Source of the DNA: Chiloscyllium plagiosum
Taxonomy: Eukaryota
Direction: 5' to 3'
DNA: 64,000 nt
Assembly (NCBI RefSeq): GCF_004010195.1
Contig: NC_057759.1
Coordinates: 1,557,069-1,621,068, forward strand
The notes under the pieces are model-generated. The model was not told the origin of the DNA. It made no database searches and saw nothing but the letters and a program-made list of their open reading frames with translations. This document shows, piece after piece, positions 12,385-25,427 of this stretch (positions within the stretch are counted from its first letter, which is position 1; each line of letters begins with the position of its first letter). The position numbers were made by a program, and so were the translations under genes.

Positions 12385-15300
12385 AATAGAACTTAGAACA
12401 TGACAGTGCAGTATACTATTCCATTTCCATCCATATGTTTATCCAATGACCATTTAAAAGCCCTTAAAGTTGGCAAGTCTACTACAGTTGCAGGCAGAAT
12501 ATTCCACCCCTCAATTACACTGAGTAAAGAAAAGAGCTGTTCAAGAAAGTCGGATTGCACCTAAATTGGAAGGGGGCTAATATACTGGCAGGTAGATTTG
12601 CTAGAACTGCTCTGGAGGATTTAAACTAGTAAGGTGGGGGTGGGACCCAGGGAAATGGTGAGGAAAGAGATCAATCTGAAACTGGTACAGTTGAGAACAA
12701 AGGCCAGTCAAACAGTTAAGGCAGGCAGGGACAAAGCCGAGAACAAGGCAGGACTGATATATTAAACTGCATTCTTTTCAATGCAAGAGGCCTAACAGGG
12801 AAGGCAGATGAAGTCAGGGCATTGTTAGGAACATAGGACTGCGATATCATTGCAATTACAGAAACATGGCTCAGAGGTGGACAGGACTGGCAGCTTAATA
12901 TTCCAGGATATAAATGCTACAGGACAGAAAGGGAAGCAAGAGAGGAAGGGGAGTGGCATTTTTGATAAGGAATAGCATTGCAATATCCTTCAGCACTGTC
13001 CACAACTCCACCAACCTCCGTGTCATCTGCAAATTTACTAACCCATCCTTCTACACCCTCACCAGGTCATTTATAAAAATGATAAACAGCAGTGGATCCA
13101 AAACAGACCCTTGTGGTACACCACTAATAACTGAACTCCAGGATGAATATTTCCCATCAATCACCACCCTGTGTCTTCTTTGAGCTAGCCAATTTCTGAA
13201 CCAAACCGCTAAATCACCCTCAATCCCATGCCTCCATATTTTGTGCAGGAGCCTACCATTGGAAAAATTACTGAAAACACCTTATCTAATAATTTACTGA
13301 AATCCATATACACCGCATCAACTGCTTTCCCCTCATCCACCTATTTGGTCACCTTCTCAAAGAACTCAATAAGATTTGTGAGGCACAACCTACCCTTCTC
13401 AAAACCATATTGACTGTTCTTAATCACCTTATTCCTATCGAGATGATTATAAATCCTGTCTCTTCTAACCTTTTCCAACACTTTATCCACAACCAAAGTA
13501 AGGCTCACTGGTCTATAATTACCAGGATCTCTACTCCCCCCTTGAACAAGGGGACAACATTTGTTACCTTCCAATCTTCTGGCACTATTCTTGGAGACAA
13601 TGATGACCTAATGATCAAAGACAAAGGCTCTGCAATCTCCTCCCTGGCTCCCCAGAGAATCCTAGGATAAATCACATCTAGCCCAGCAGATTATCTATAT
13701 TCACATTTTCCAGAATTGCTAACACCTCCTCCTTGTGAACCCATATCCTATCTAGTCTAGTAGCCTGTCTCTCAGTATTATCCTTGACAACATTGTCTTT
13801 TTCCAGTTTTATGGTTTTCCTTGATCCTTTCTGCCAAAGATTTCTCTTGTCCCCTCTTGACTCTTCTTAATTCTCTCTTTAGATCTTTCCTGGCTAGCTT
13901 GTAACTCTCAAGTGCCCTAACTGCTCCTTCACTTCTCATCCTAACATAAGCCGCACCCTTCCTCTTGACAAGAGATCAATTTTCTTAGTAAACCATGGCT
14001 TTCTCAGTCACCCACTTCCTCCCTGCCTGACAGGTATATGCCAATCAAGGACACGCAGTAGCTGTTCCTTAAATAAGCTTCACATTTAAATTGTGCCTAT
14101 CCCCTGCAGTTTCCTTCCCTATCCTATGCATCATAAATCTTGTCTAATTGCATCATAATTGCCTTTTCCCCCAGTTATAAATCTTGTCCTACAGTATAAA
14201 CAGATCCGCCTTTTCTTCATAAAGTAAACATAACTGAATTGTGGTCACTCTCCCCAAAATACTCACTTATCTCCTAACCTAATACCTGGCCATGTTCATT
14301 GCCCAGTACCAAATCCGTTATGGTCCCGACCCTGAATGATCTGTCCACATACTGTTTCAGGAAACCCTTCTGCACACATTGGACAAAAACTGACCCATCT
14401 GAAGTACTCAACATGTAGTATTTCCAGTCCCCCATAACAACTACACTGTTACACTGCTCCTATCCAGAATCATCTTTACAATCTTTTCCTCTACATCTCT
14501 GGAACTATTCTGAGGCCTATAGAAAACTCCCAACAGGGTGATCTCTCCTTTCCTGTTTCTAACATTAGTCTATGCTACCTCATTAGAAAAGTCCTCAAAC
14601 ATCCTTTCTGCCACCATAATTCTGTCCTTGACTAACAATGCCACACCTCCCCCTCTTTTTTACCATCTTCTCTGTTCTTACTGAAACATCGAAATCCTGG
14701 AATCTATGACAACCATTCCTATCCCTGCTCGATCCATGTCTCCAAAATGGCCACAACAGCAAGATCCCAGGTACCAACCCATGCTGCAAGTTCGCCCACT
14801 TATTCTGGATGCTCCTGGCATTGAGGTAGACACACTTCAAACCACCTTCCTGCTTGCTGATGCACACTTATGACATTGAAACCATATTTCTGACCTAACT
14901 ATGCTCAACCTCTGGACACGGGAACTACAATTTAGATTCCCATCCCCCTACTGAATTTGTTTAAACCCTCCCGAAGAGCATTAGCAAACATCCCCTAGGA
15001 TATTGGCATCACTTTGCTTCAGGTGTAGACCATCATTTTTATAGATGTCCCAATTATCGAGGTATCCAAACCTCTCCCTCCCACACCATCCCTTTAGTCA
15101 TGTGTTCAACCCCTCTCTCTCCTCTCACTATCATGTGGCACGGGCAACAAATCAGAGATAACAACTCTGTTTGTTCTAGCTCCAAGCTTCCACCCTAGCT
15201 CCCTGATTTTCTGCCTTAAATCCCCATCCCTTTTCCTACCTATAATGTTAGTGCCGATGTGGACCATGACTTGGGGCAGCTCCCCCTCTCCCTCAAGGAT

Positions 15301-15680
15301 CCTGAAAACACGATGTGAGACATCATGAACCCTGGCATATAGGAGGCAACACACCAACCATGCGTCTGTCTCGCTCCCACAGAACCTCCTATATGTCCCT
15401 TTAACTATGGAGAACCCAATGACGAATGCAGTCTTCCTCTCCCCCCTTCCCTTCTGTGCAACAGGGGCAGACTCTGTGCCAGAGACCTGTACCCTGTGGC
15501 TTATCGCTGGTATGTTTCCACACCCCCCCACTAACAGTATTCAAAATGGTATATTTGTTATTAAGGGGAATGGCCACAGGGGATCCCTGCACTGACTGCT
15601 GGTTCCCTTTCAGCCCCTTGACAGTAACCCATTGGCCTTTCTTCTTCTCCCTGATGTCTGACTATCTCTCAGTAACTCCT
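12385..15680 (-). mobile_element. Decayed CR1 LINE including ORF1 SGNH-esterase region, with a plus-strand CR1 piece embedded at ~12530-12980
   Basis: PGNYRPVSLT, KCVYLNARSI, VIGFSIVKG...VHIGTN; the embedded piece reads as the ORF1 end and APE start on the plus strand. Confidence 0.85.
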
Positions 15681-15907
15681 CACACGATAACATAGATTCC
15701 TAAAGCTGCTCACATATCTTTTTGCGAGAAGAGTTCAAAAGTATCATTCTTCAAAAAAATTTAGTTTGGCTGTTCCAATTTCCACCACTGCATGAGAAAA
15801 ATCAAAGTCCTTCTGCCTTCCTCCTTGTTTCCGCTGAGCTACACAAGTGTCTGAATGATGGTGAGCACCATTACAATACAGTGGAGTGTAATTAACACCT
15901 ACCTTTT

Positions 15908-16207
15908 GATTAGATTAGATTCCCTACGTTGTGGAAACTGGCCCTTTGGCCCAACCAGTTCACACCGACCCTCCGAACAGGAACCACCCAGACCCATTTC
16001 CCTCTGACTAATGCGCCTAACATTATGTGCAATCTAGCAAGGCCAATTCACCGGACCTTTAGACTGTGGGAGGAAACCGGAGCAAATGCATGCAAACACA
16101 GGGAGAATGTGCAAACTCCAAACAGACAGTCGCCCGAGGCTGGAATCGATCCTGGGACTCTGGTTCTGTGAGGCAGCAGTGGTAACCATTGAGCCACCGT
16201 GCCACCC
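15908..16207 (-). mobile_element. HE1-type SINE
   Basis: Same head, body and (TCTAA)n tail as 3308-3617. Confidence 0.88.
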
Positions 16208-16274
16208 CTTCAACTTTACTTCAACAGTCTTCAAATAATTATATCACTGTGCACTGAAAAAATAAACAAATTAT

Positions 16275-18440
16275 GACCTTGATCAGGTGGGTCAGTGGGC
16301 CAAGTTGTGAAAGATGCAGTTTCTTTTAGATACATATGAGGTGTTAGATTTTGGTAAGACAAACCAGGGCATGACTTATACACTTAATGGCGGGGCCTTG
16401 GCGAGTGTTGCTGAACAAAGAGACCTCTGGGTGCAGCTGCATATTTCCTTGAATGTAAAATCACAGGTAGACAGGGCAGTGATGAAGGCATTTGGCATGC
16501 TTGCCTTCATTGGTCAGAACACAGAGTGTAGGAGTTGGGATGTCATCTGGTAGCTGTACAGGTGATGCCATTAGTGATGCCATTTTTAGGAGATTGTGTA
16601 CAACGCTCATCACCCTTCTCCAGGAAGGATGTTGTTAAACTTGAGATGGTGCGGAAAAGATTTACAAGCATGTTATAGCGATATAGTCATACAGCATAGA
16701 AACAGATCCTTCAGCGCACCATGTTCAAAATGTCCAACAAACAGCAAACTGCATTCATCCCATTTACCTGCACTTGGCCCATAGTTGACTATGTCCTGGT
16801 TTCTTAAGGGCATATCCTGATGCTTCTTTCTATGTTCTGAGAGTATTCCACCATGCACTCAGGCAGCATGATCCAAACTTTACCCACCCTCTAGATCAAA
16901 ATATTTTTCTCAGATATCCCCTAAACTGCTTTCCCTGCACCTTCAACTTGTATTCTCTGGTCTCAGACACATCTGCCATGGGGAAAACGATTCTCACAAT
17001 CTACTCTGTCTGCATCTTTCACAATTTAGTATATCTCAATCAGATCCTTCCTCAACCACCTCTGCTCAGAGGAAACCAAACCTAGCTCATACAGTCGCCC
17101 CTTTTGACGGAGACTTTCCATCCTCTCCAGCCAATCCCATCCTTCTAATTGTGTGGCAATCAGAACTGCACTCAGTATTTGATCTGTTTTATAAAGGTGG
17201 AATAAGACTTCCTTGCTCTTATATTCAACGGCTCAGGTACTGAAAGAACGCATTCTGTATGCCTTCTTCAGCAGCCTGTCTGCCTGTACTGACACCTTCT
17301 GTGGGGTTGGGTACGTTTTGGTGCCGATCATTTGGCCCCGCCGTTTTGGCTCTAAACTGTTTTGATGCTCATTACTTTGGCGCTAAGCTGTTTTGGCATC
17401 AATTCAGAATAAAAAAAAGTCTTGTTTGGTGAAAGAAGAGGGGATGACTAACGACCCAATGTAATTTTCTCAACTAGCAAGAGTTGATAGTCAAAGCTGT
17501 AATGACCCGCTGTAGATTCAAATCTCGTTTTGTAATCATTTTCTCATTTAACAATTGTTAATAGCCATCTACTGCCTTGATGATACTTAAGCCCTTCTGT
17601 CTTCACATTGGAAAGCTGTAATACAATTTTCTTTCTTTGGCTGAATGGCTGAAAACATTCTAAGCAAAAAAGACAAACCAACATTTTCACACGATGGTTA
17701 TCTATACGTGTTTGGCAAATGTAGCAAAATGTAGAAATTCGTTTTTATAAAGAATAGGTTAAAATAATGAATAAAAAAGAATTAGATTTCTTTCTTACAA
17801 TGCAATAAAAACAAATTTCTTACGGGCTCTACAAGACTTTTTTTTTATTCTGAATAGGCGCCAAAACAGCTCAGCGCCAAAGTAATGAGTGCCAAAACAG
17901 TTTAGATCCAAAATGATCGGGGCCAAAAGGGCAGTGCCAAGTAGTCCCATTCCACCTTCTGTGATCTATAGACTTGTATACCAAGGCACTTTTTGTTCCT
18001 CAGTACTGCCGAGGGACCAATCCTTCATTGTGTAATTCTTTGCCTTATTAGACCTTCTAAAATGCATTACCTCACTTTATCAGGATTAAATTCCATCTGC
18101 CATTGCATTGCCCACTGTTCTCATATTGTAGCCAGAGACCATCCCCCTCACTGTCAACAACGCCACCGACTTTCATGTCATAGAGCAAAGAACAATACAG
18201 CACAGGAACAGGCCCTTTGCACTCCAAGGCTGCAATGAAACATATATTTCCACATGAAAAATTCATCTGCAGTCTTACTAATTATACTTTCTACATTCAC
18301 ATCCAATTGTTAATATGTACATAACAAGCAGCAAGGGTCCCAGCACTGATCCCTGTGGTACACCACTGGTCACAGGCTTCCAGTCACAAACACAACCCTC
18401 CATTATCATAGTTTGAATCCTGGGCAAGCTCATTTCAGCT
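16275..18440. mobile_element. Cluster of CR1-group fragments in both orientations
   Basis: GKTNQG...EQRDL (plus) and [15 protein letters not shown] (minus). Confidence 0.75.
17304..17953. mobile_element. Non-autonomous Mutator/Foldback-like DNA transposon (MITE)
   Basis: ~120-bp imperfect TIRs built from ~15-bp CCAAA subrepeats; TSD ACCTTCTGTG at 17294-17303 and 17954-17963; interrupts a CR1. Confidence 0.85.
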
Positions 18441-18779
18441 CCAGTTTGCTTGAGACTCCAAGAGCCGAATTTGGACCAGTCTTTTTTATGGGACTTTGTC
18501 AAAGGCTGTAGGGGTGGCCTGTATCTGGCCAGAATAGAGTGCCCCATGTCTGTTAACACAAACTGCCCTTTAAGAGTTAAACAGCAAGATGTGAAATGCA
18601 ATGGCAGGCAGAAACTATGCCAAGCAGCCTACTCACACAGTAAGGCAGAATGAAAATATTGAACAAGCCACTACGAGGACAGTGTAAAGGACCCAGCCTG
18701 TTCCCATTCGAAACAGTTCTGACAAGCAGACCTAAGGTCCGATAAATGAGTAACTCCGGCCACATTAAATGAACGGGTA

Positions 18780-19629
18780 ATTGTCCCAGTTAATGAACAG
18801 ACACCAGGTATTGTGGTTCTGTTCGCCGAGCTGGGAATTTGTGTTGCAGACATTTCATCCCCTGTCTAGGTGACATCCTCAGTGCTTGGAAGCTCCTGTG
18901 AAGCGCTTCTGTGATGCTTTCTCCGGCATTTATAGTGATTTGTATCTGCCGCTTCTAGTTGTCAGTTCCAGCTGTCCACTGCAGTGGTCAGTATATTGGG
19001 TCCAGGTCGATGTGCTTATTGATTGAATCTGTGGATGAGTGCCATGCCTCTAGGAATTCCCTGGCTGTTCTCTGTTTGGCTTGTCCTATAATTGTCCCAG
19101 TCGAATTCATGACTTGTCATCTGAGTGTGTGGCTACTAAGGATAGCTGGTCATGTCGTTTCGTGGCTCGTTGGTGTTCATGGATGCAGATCGTTAGCTGT
19201 CTTCCTGTTTGTCCTATGTAGTGTTTTGTGCAATCCTTGCATGGGATTTTGTACACTACATTGGTTTTGCTCATGCTGGGTATCGGGTCCTTCGTCCTGG
19301 TGAGTTGTTATCTAAGAGTGGCTGTTGGTTTGTGTGCTGTTATGAGTCCGAGTGGTCGCAGTAGTCAGGCTGTCAGTTCAGAAATGTTTTTGATGTATGG
19401 TAGTGTGGCTAGTCCTTTGGGTTGTGGCATGTCCTCATTCTGTTTTTCCCTTAGGCATCTGTTGATGAAATTGCGGGGATATTCGTTTTTGAATAACCAT
19501 CCCAACACACACAAAAGAAGTTGCATCAAGACACTGTTGAAAATGGCCACAACACACTGCAGTACACCAGAACTGCAAAAAGAGAAAAAACACCTATACA
19601 ATGTATTCACCAAAAATGGATACCCCCAC
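18780..19629 (-). mobile_element. Penelope-like element fragment with terminal repeat and inverted 5' piece
   Basis: Minus: KNEYPRNFINRC...LATLPYIKNISE; plus (from ~19490): NHPNTHKRSCIKTL...FTKNGYP; flanked by AACGGGTA/AATGGGTA. Confidence 0.85.
18846..18885 (-). ncRNA. Minimal type I hammerhead ribozyme motif
   Basis: GCA-CTGAGGA-T-GTCACCT AGAC AGGGGAT-GAAA-TGTC-TGC; stem I GCA/TGC, GUC cleavage triplet. Confidence 0.7.
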
Positions 19630-20419
19630 AATGGGTACAGAATAATTTGCAAAACACAGAAATACTGTCAGGTTAATAGGTCCATAGTCAAAAATAGAAA
19701 AATCATGCCTACTAGGATCACATGGTTGGGAGAGCTACCATTTCCTTAAATTAAACAGGAAAGGTAAGAGTGAAGTACGCCAGTCCCAGTGTACAAGAGA
19801 ACTTCCAATAGAATTTTAATGCATAGTATCACATTGGTCAAAAAGTAAACTCCACTTGTCTATTTGGAAATACTAAACCTATTGCATGCTAACAATGTAT
19901 TCCACTTAAATAGGGAAAGAAGTAAATAAGTATTCAGGCTAATTATTCCTCCAATTACCTCACCATGGTTTAAACTTGCTGTCTGACTCTATGACTGTAT
20001 GTAATTCATGTATCAATTCTGTTTGTCCAAACTGGAGAAATTAGATAGCAGGCCAAGTGCCAGATTGAAACAGATATTGCAATTTAATTTGTTTCCACAA
20101 AGTGAAAACTGAACATATCTCATACAAAATGACTGAATGAATACTTTGTTTTCAAGTGGTCCAAAGGGAAATTAAATATTAATATGAAAAGGTACACATT
20201 TAGACCGATCCCCAGAGATTACTGGATACAGAATGCAAAAGCTCTCATAAAGTGGTCTTGGTAAAAACATGTGGACAATAAGTTCAAAATGCACATTCAG
20301 AATATAACTTACAATCAGAACCTGTACCATAGAATAAAAGTTGTGGAAATTATCCAAACTGCTTTACGTTATCAGAGACTGAAAATGGTATAAAAAAGTC
20401 TTACTTTCAATTACAGTAC

Positions 20420-20875
20420 ATAGAATTTCTCCGGTGCAGATAAAGTTCATTTGGCCCATCCCCCAGCAATAACTCGCCAGATCCCACCCAGATGTAGACC
20501 TCACACTATCCCCATAACTCCACATTTACCATAGTTAACCCACTGACACTAGAGTGGTGCTGGAAAAGCACAGCAGTTCACGCAGCGTCCGAGCAGCAGG
20601 AAAATTGATGTTTCGGAGCAATCTGGTTTCCAGCATCTTGCAGCCCTAGTTTTTAACCCTGTTTTAACCCACTGACACTGTGCATCCTTGAAGACTACAG
20701 GACAATTTACCACAGCTAATCCAGCAAACCTGCACATGTTTGGACCATGCAGAAAAACAAGAGCATCAAGAGGAAACCCATGCAGACACGGGCAGAACAT
20801 GCAAACTGCACACAGGTAATGAACCAAGGCTGAAATTAAATCTGCATCCCTGGTACCACTGTGTCACCATGCCAG
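20420..20875 (-). mobile_element. Older HE1-related SINE interrupted by a mini-PLE insert
   Basis: Diverged similarity to the other HE1 copies; insert at 20551-20663. Confidence 0.7.
20551..20663. mobile_element. Mini-PLE (family B) with perfect 16-bp TSD
   Basis: TTAACCCACTGACACT at 20535-20550 and 20664-20679. Confidence 0.85.
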
Positions 20876-20979
20876 CCTGACATGGATAGCAATACACAAA
20901 ATCTTATTCATGTTGAGCAACTGAGATTTGAAGTAAATAGAGCTCCTGCAGTTTCTGCAAGTGTCATGTTAAACAGAGG

Positions 20980-21990
20980 CAAATGTGTACGTACACTCAC
21001 TTATTCACAGAACACAAACTGACAGGTACAGATACTTTCAGGTACAGATGCACTCATCCATTCATATAGTTGAAGCTGTCAGGGATAGACTGATGATTGT
21101 ACAAACACATTCACATTGCAGAATCTGACAAGTACATTTTGATAATACACACACATATTCCCAGAGCAGAATCTCACAGGTATACAATAACTGCATTCTT
21201 ATATTCACCTAGCACCTAATGAGGCAGATTGATAACTAAAGTCACATTGACGTTGCAAAAGCTGACAGGTAGAGACTGATAATGACATTCTCATATTCAT
21301 ACAGCAGAATCTGACAGGGGCAGATAGATAATTGGACTGTCATCTTCACATCACAGAAACTCACCGGGAGAAATAGATAAATAGGTTGTCATATTCAAAT
21401 TGGAGAAACCGATGGACAGATCAATAACTACACTTCCATATTCACAGATCAGAAACTGACAGGTACAGATGGATAGGTGAAAGTGAGGACTGCAGATGCT
21501 GGAAATTAGTGTTGAAAGTGTGGTGCTGGAAAAGCACAGCAGATCTGGAAGCATCCAAGGAGCAAAAGAATCAACGTTTTGGTTAAAAGCCCCTTCATTA
21601 GTACAGATGTATAACTACATCAATACATTCACATAGCAGAAACTGACAGGGAAATATTGATAACTATACTCATGCATTCGTGTCACACAGCGACAAGTAC
21701 ATTTCATTACGGACCCCCACATGTGCACTTTGGAGACAATGGCAGGTAGACATTGATAACTATGTTCACATTTCAACAATGCAGAAACTGACATGGACAG
21801 ATTGATAATTAAACTATCACATTCACAGAGCAGAAACTGACATATTCACACAGTAGAAACCAACAGGTTTAGGGTGATAACTTCACTCAAATATGCACAT
21901 AGCAGAATCTTACTGGGACAGAGTGATACCTGCACTCTCATATTCGCATTGCAGAAACTTAGAGCTGTAGATTGATATGTAGGCTCTCAT
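20980..21990 (+). repeat. Diverged ~49-bp tandem satellite; shorter arrays at ~7310-7520, ~34130-34230, ~39240-39500
   Basis: Approximate consensus GACAGGTACAGATTGATAACTACACTCACATATTCACAGAGCAGAAACT. Confidence 0.85.
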
Positions 21991-23099
21991 TGTAAGTCTA
22001 AAATAGTTGGGCATATTCTCACTGAAGACTTGAAGAACAATTTATCATCTTTAAGGCAAAAGAAAATGATCTGAAGGGAGTTGACAGAGTTGATGCAGGG
22101 AGATTGTCACAGCTCATGAGAGAATCCAGAGTAAGGGACACAGTTTTGAGCAGGAAGCTTTCTGTCTCAGAAAGAAATGTTGAACATTTTCCCCTTGTTC
22201 TGTTCCATAGAGAGCAGTTAGGGTTGGGTTATCAGCTTAATTTATGCTAATGTAGCCATATATCTTTTTTGATACATAAGGAGGTCTTTGGCTATGGGCA
22301 CTAAACATCAAAATGAGATTAAGACCATAACTAAAGCCTTTGTGATCTGTTCTCCTGACAGAGTACACACAGGCAGATAGAAATGTCACAGAATTCTCAT
22401 GCTTCTTATGGTCTTCTGCTCTGAGATATTTAAAGTGACACAAGCCTGAAAGAAATTAATAACTACAGCATATACACTGCATAAGAGGAATGGGAGGCAT
22501 CATTTACCATACACTTTATCTTTAACTTACTGATATGTGTGTGTGCTCATAGATCACATACTGATCGATTCAGTTACAAGTTACCGAGACATACCAAGGA
22601 TGGAGTGAAAAAAGATTAGCCATCCATTTCATCAGAAACTTCGACATACTTGTTCTCTGCCATGCCTGCGATTGACTGAAACTGAGTAAACACAAGATTT
22701 GAAACAACAAACTGGCAGTTACAGCATGAAATACTGAGTCACTTGCAAAGTTCGAAATTGTTAGGATATAATACTTAGCGAGAAACTGACTTAAACAATG
22801 TCACATCAGCAGTGACATTGTGGATATTGTCAGTAACAATGTACAAAGAGTTATTCCTTATTGAAATGCTGGAGTTATAATTACAAACTCAACTTCAATT
22901 TGCAGAAGTTGATTTTCATAGGGTATGGGAGTGGAGGGTAGTGAGTTCTACCTGAGTCTGTCCAAAGTCAATGAATGACACCTACGGAGTAAAACAACAA
23001 TTTACACTTCAGAAGGTTTGAATTACAGTCTGATATGTAAAGACTGTGGAACAGAGTTTACAAAAATGCATCCCAGAAACAGACGGGCACAGATTGGAG

Positions 23100-23240
23100 T
23101 CGAGAGTGTGGTGCTGGAAAAGCACAGCGGGTCAGGCAGCATCTGAGGAGCTGGAGAATCGATGTTTCGAGCCTTTCATCTCGACGTTTTGGGCATAAAT
23201 CCTCCGATCCCCAGCATCTGCAATCCTCACTTTCTCCTAG
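23100..23240. mobile_element. Mini-PLE (family B) with perfect 15-bp TSD
   Basis: GGGCACAGATTGGAG at 23085-23099 and 23241-23255. Confidence 0.85.
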
Positions 23241-24070
23241 GGGCACAGATTGGAGGAATATTTCTACATCAGTCTTTGATGGTTACGAATAAAACCTGTC
23301 TTGAAGTAACACTAATTGACTATTACACAGAGGACCAGAGCCTCAGTGGGCAGATGTTGAGTTAATGCCAAATGTGTAAATAAGGACACGACAGATACAA
23401 AGTTAAAGTGACACATTTGTAGCATGCTAACAGTTACTGGTGAACAGGTATTCGCGTAAGACTGAGCAATGCTATAAATTGCAACATGAAACTGCAAGAC
23501 ACCTAAATGAGAAGTGCAGCAACGTGGTTCAGTTACACTGCAGGTACTTTCAAAGCACATAGTTATCAATACGTGTCTGGGCCCACACTTATCAGTCAAG
23601 GTCTCAGAAATATATTCATCCCACAGTCAAGACGTCACTCAACTCGTGACTCAAGAGAAGTATTACATAGAAAAGTTTTCATTTCATTTATCTTCAACTC
23701 CGTGCAATTGAGAACGAGTTGCATGAACTCCAAGTGTAGAAAACACTCACGGTCAGGTTCCACTGGACGGTGTAACTTGACAACAAATGCAATTTCAAAC
23801 GGATGAGAGTTTTTTTTCACACAGTGACAAGTTCTGTGTTAATTCGAGCCCATACAGAGGAATAAAAAGAGACATGCGGAGCTAGAAACACACCCTTCCA
23901 CTCCCACATCATCACAACAACAAGCAAAAGGAAACAGAGCCAATACCACAGTCACTTTCTGTGTGATAGGGACAAAATAAATCTCCCTCAGTCAGGCTGA
24001 CAGGAACAGAATCAGCATCCACTTCACATTTCATTGCAGATTCTGACAGAATAACATTACAAATCATAGT

Positions 24071-24130
24071 AACCAATCAGAGAGACTGAGATTTTGTGAA
24101 TATCGTCAGTGTGAACTACCCAATCATTCT
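24071..24130 (+). promoter_or_regulatory. Residual histone promoter: CCAAT box and cap-site-like TCATTC
   Basis: AACCAATCAG at 24071-24080 and ATCATTC at 24123-24129, upstream of the H2A ATG; no clean TATA box. Confidence 0.5.
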
Positions 24131-24156
24131 CTGTGAAAGTGCTTGTGAGATTGTGA

Positions 24157-24336
<180 letters not shown>

Positions 24337-24360
24337 AGAGAGTATTCTTGAATCTGACAA

Positions 24361-24407
24361 CCCAAAGGCTCTTTTCAGAGCCACTCACAGCATCTGTGAA
24401 AGGGGCT
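24361..24407 (+). promoter_or_regulatory. Replication-dependent histone 3' stem-loop and purine-rich histone downstream element
   Basis: CCCAAA GGCTCT TTTC AGAGCC ACTCA (stem-loop 24367-24382), then GAAAGGGGCT at 24398-24407. Confidence 0.9.
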
Positions 24408-24520
24408 AAACTTTCTGTCGATTGATTATTTTCCTTTTAATGTGTAGAGCCTTCGCCTTTGTACCGGACATTAATAAATTCCACGCTCCATTTAATTAGA
24501 TATTGTTACTGTCTATGGGA

Positions 24521-24647
24521 AAAACAAGGACTACAAGATGCTGGAAACCCCAGAGTCGAGATGAGTGTGGTGCTGGAAAAGCACAGCAGTTCAGGCACCG
24601 TCCGAGGAGCAGGAAAATCGACGTTTCGGGCAAAATCCCTTCATCAG
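24521..24647 (-). mobile_element. Mini-PLE (family B) carrying a hammerhead core; similar copies at 21476-21600 (-), 31812-31932 (+) and, without the core, 2449-2527 (-)
   Basis: GTGGTGCTGGAAAAGCACAGCAG body; 13-bp TSD-like ACTGTCTRTRGGA. Confidence 0.8.
24618..24647 (-). ncRNA. Minimal hammerhead ribozyme core
   Basis: CTGATGA-A-GGG ATTTTG CCC-GAAAC-GTC-GA; catalytic boxes intact; the 5' strand of stem I is lost at the insertion junction. Confidence 0.7.
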
Positions 24648-24983
24648 ACTGTCTGTAGGAGCAGAGAACACAGCACCAGGTTATAGTCCAACGGATATTT
24701 TCGAAGCACCTGATGTGTGATGTGTAACATTATGCATCCCAGTCCAACACCTGCATCTCCAAATCAACTGGTATCGAATCACATGAAAAACAAACACAAT
24801 CCCCAGACAGAGAGCAGCTCAGGGCAACAATGGAATCAGATCCGTGGTTCTGGTTAAGTTGTTGGCTTTAAATAAAAAAAACACATCCTAATTAATATGT
24901 AATGCATGTGACAATGATCAGTTCAATATTGCCAGACTAGCCTCATGTTGATTTACAGGTAGTGTCCCTGTGTCTTCCTCCAG

Positions 24984-25065
24984 AAAAATACCTGAGGGAC
25001 TAAGACACTGTAATACTTCCTCAGTTCAAGGCAAAGAGTGACCAGCTGCCTCTAACAAACAGAGG
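24984..25065 (+). other. 82-nt exon-like module, copy 2 (in-frame stop)
   Basis: tgtcttcctccag|...GG|gtatgt; reads KYLRD*DTVILPQFKAKSDQLPLTNR. Confidence 0.5.
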
Positions 25066-25427
25066 GTATGTAGCCCATTGACGTTTACACACCAGTGTTG
25101 GAGATAGATAAACTGAATCCTCATCCAAAATAGACATTCAGGAACTGCAGTTATTGAGGGCAGTTTCAAAGTTACAATGAAGATAGACAAATAGGCCACA
25201 TTGTTTCAAAAACCATCCGTGAAGGAGGGGTTAAGTACACAGATGGAGGGAAACGGTGCTCACCGACAGGGCAAGAGTTACCGAAGAGTCGTCGAGTCAT
25301 AGAGATGTACAGTGTGGAAATAGACCCTTTGGTCCAACTTGTCTATGCCGACCAGATATCCTAACCCAATCTAGTCCCATTTGCCTGCACTTAGCCCTTC
25401 TCCCTTCTAAACCATTCCTATTCATAT

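Noticed and set aside
20980..21990. Regularly spaced repeats as a CRISPR-like array
   Set aside because: Head-to-tail degenerate units with no unique spacers; eukaryotic context with no cas genes.
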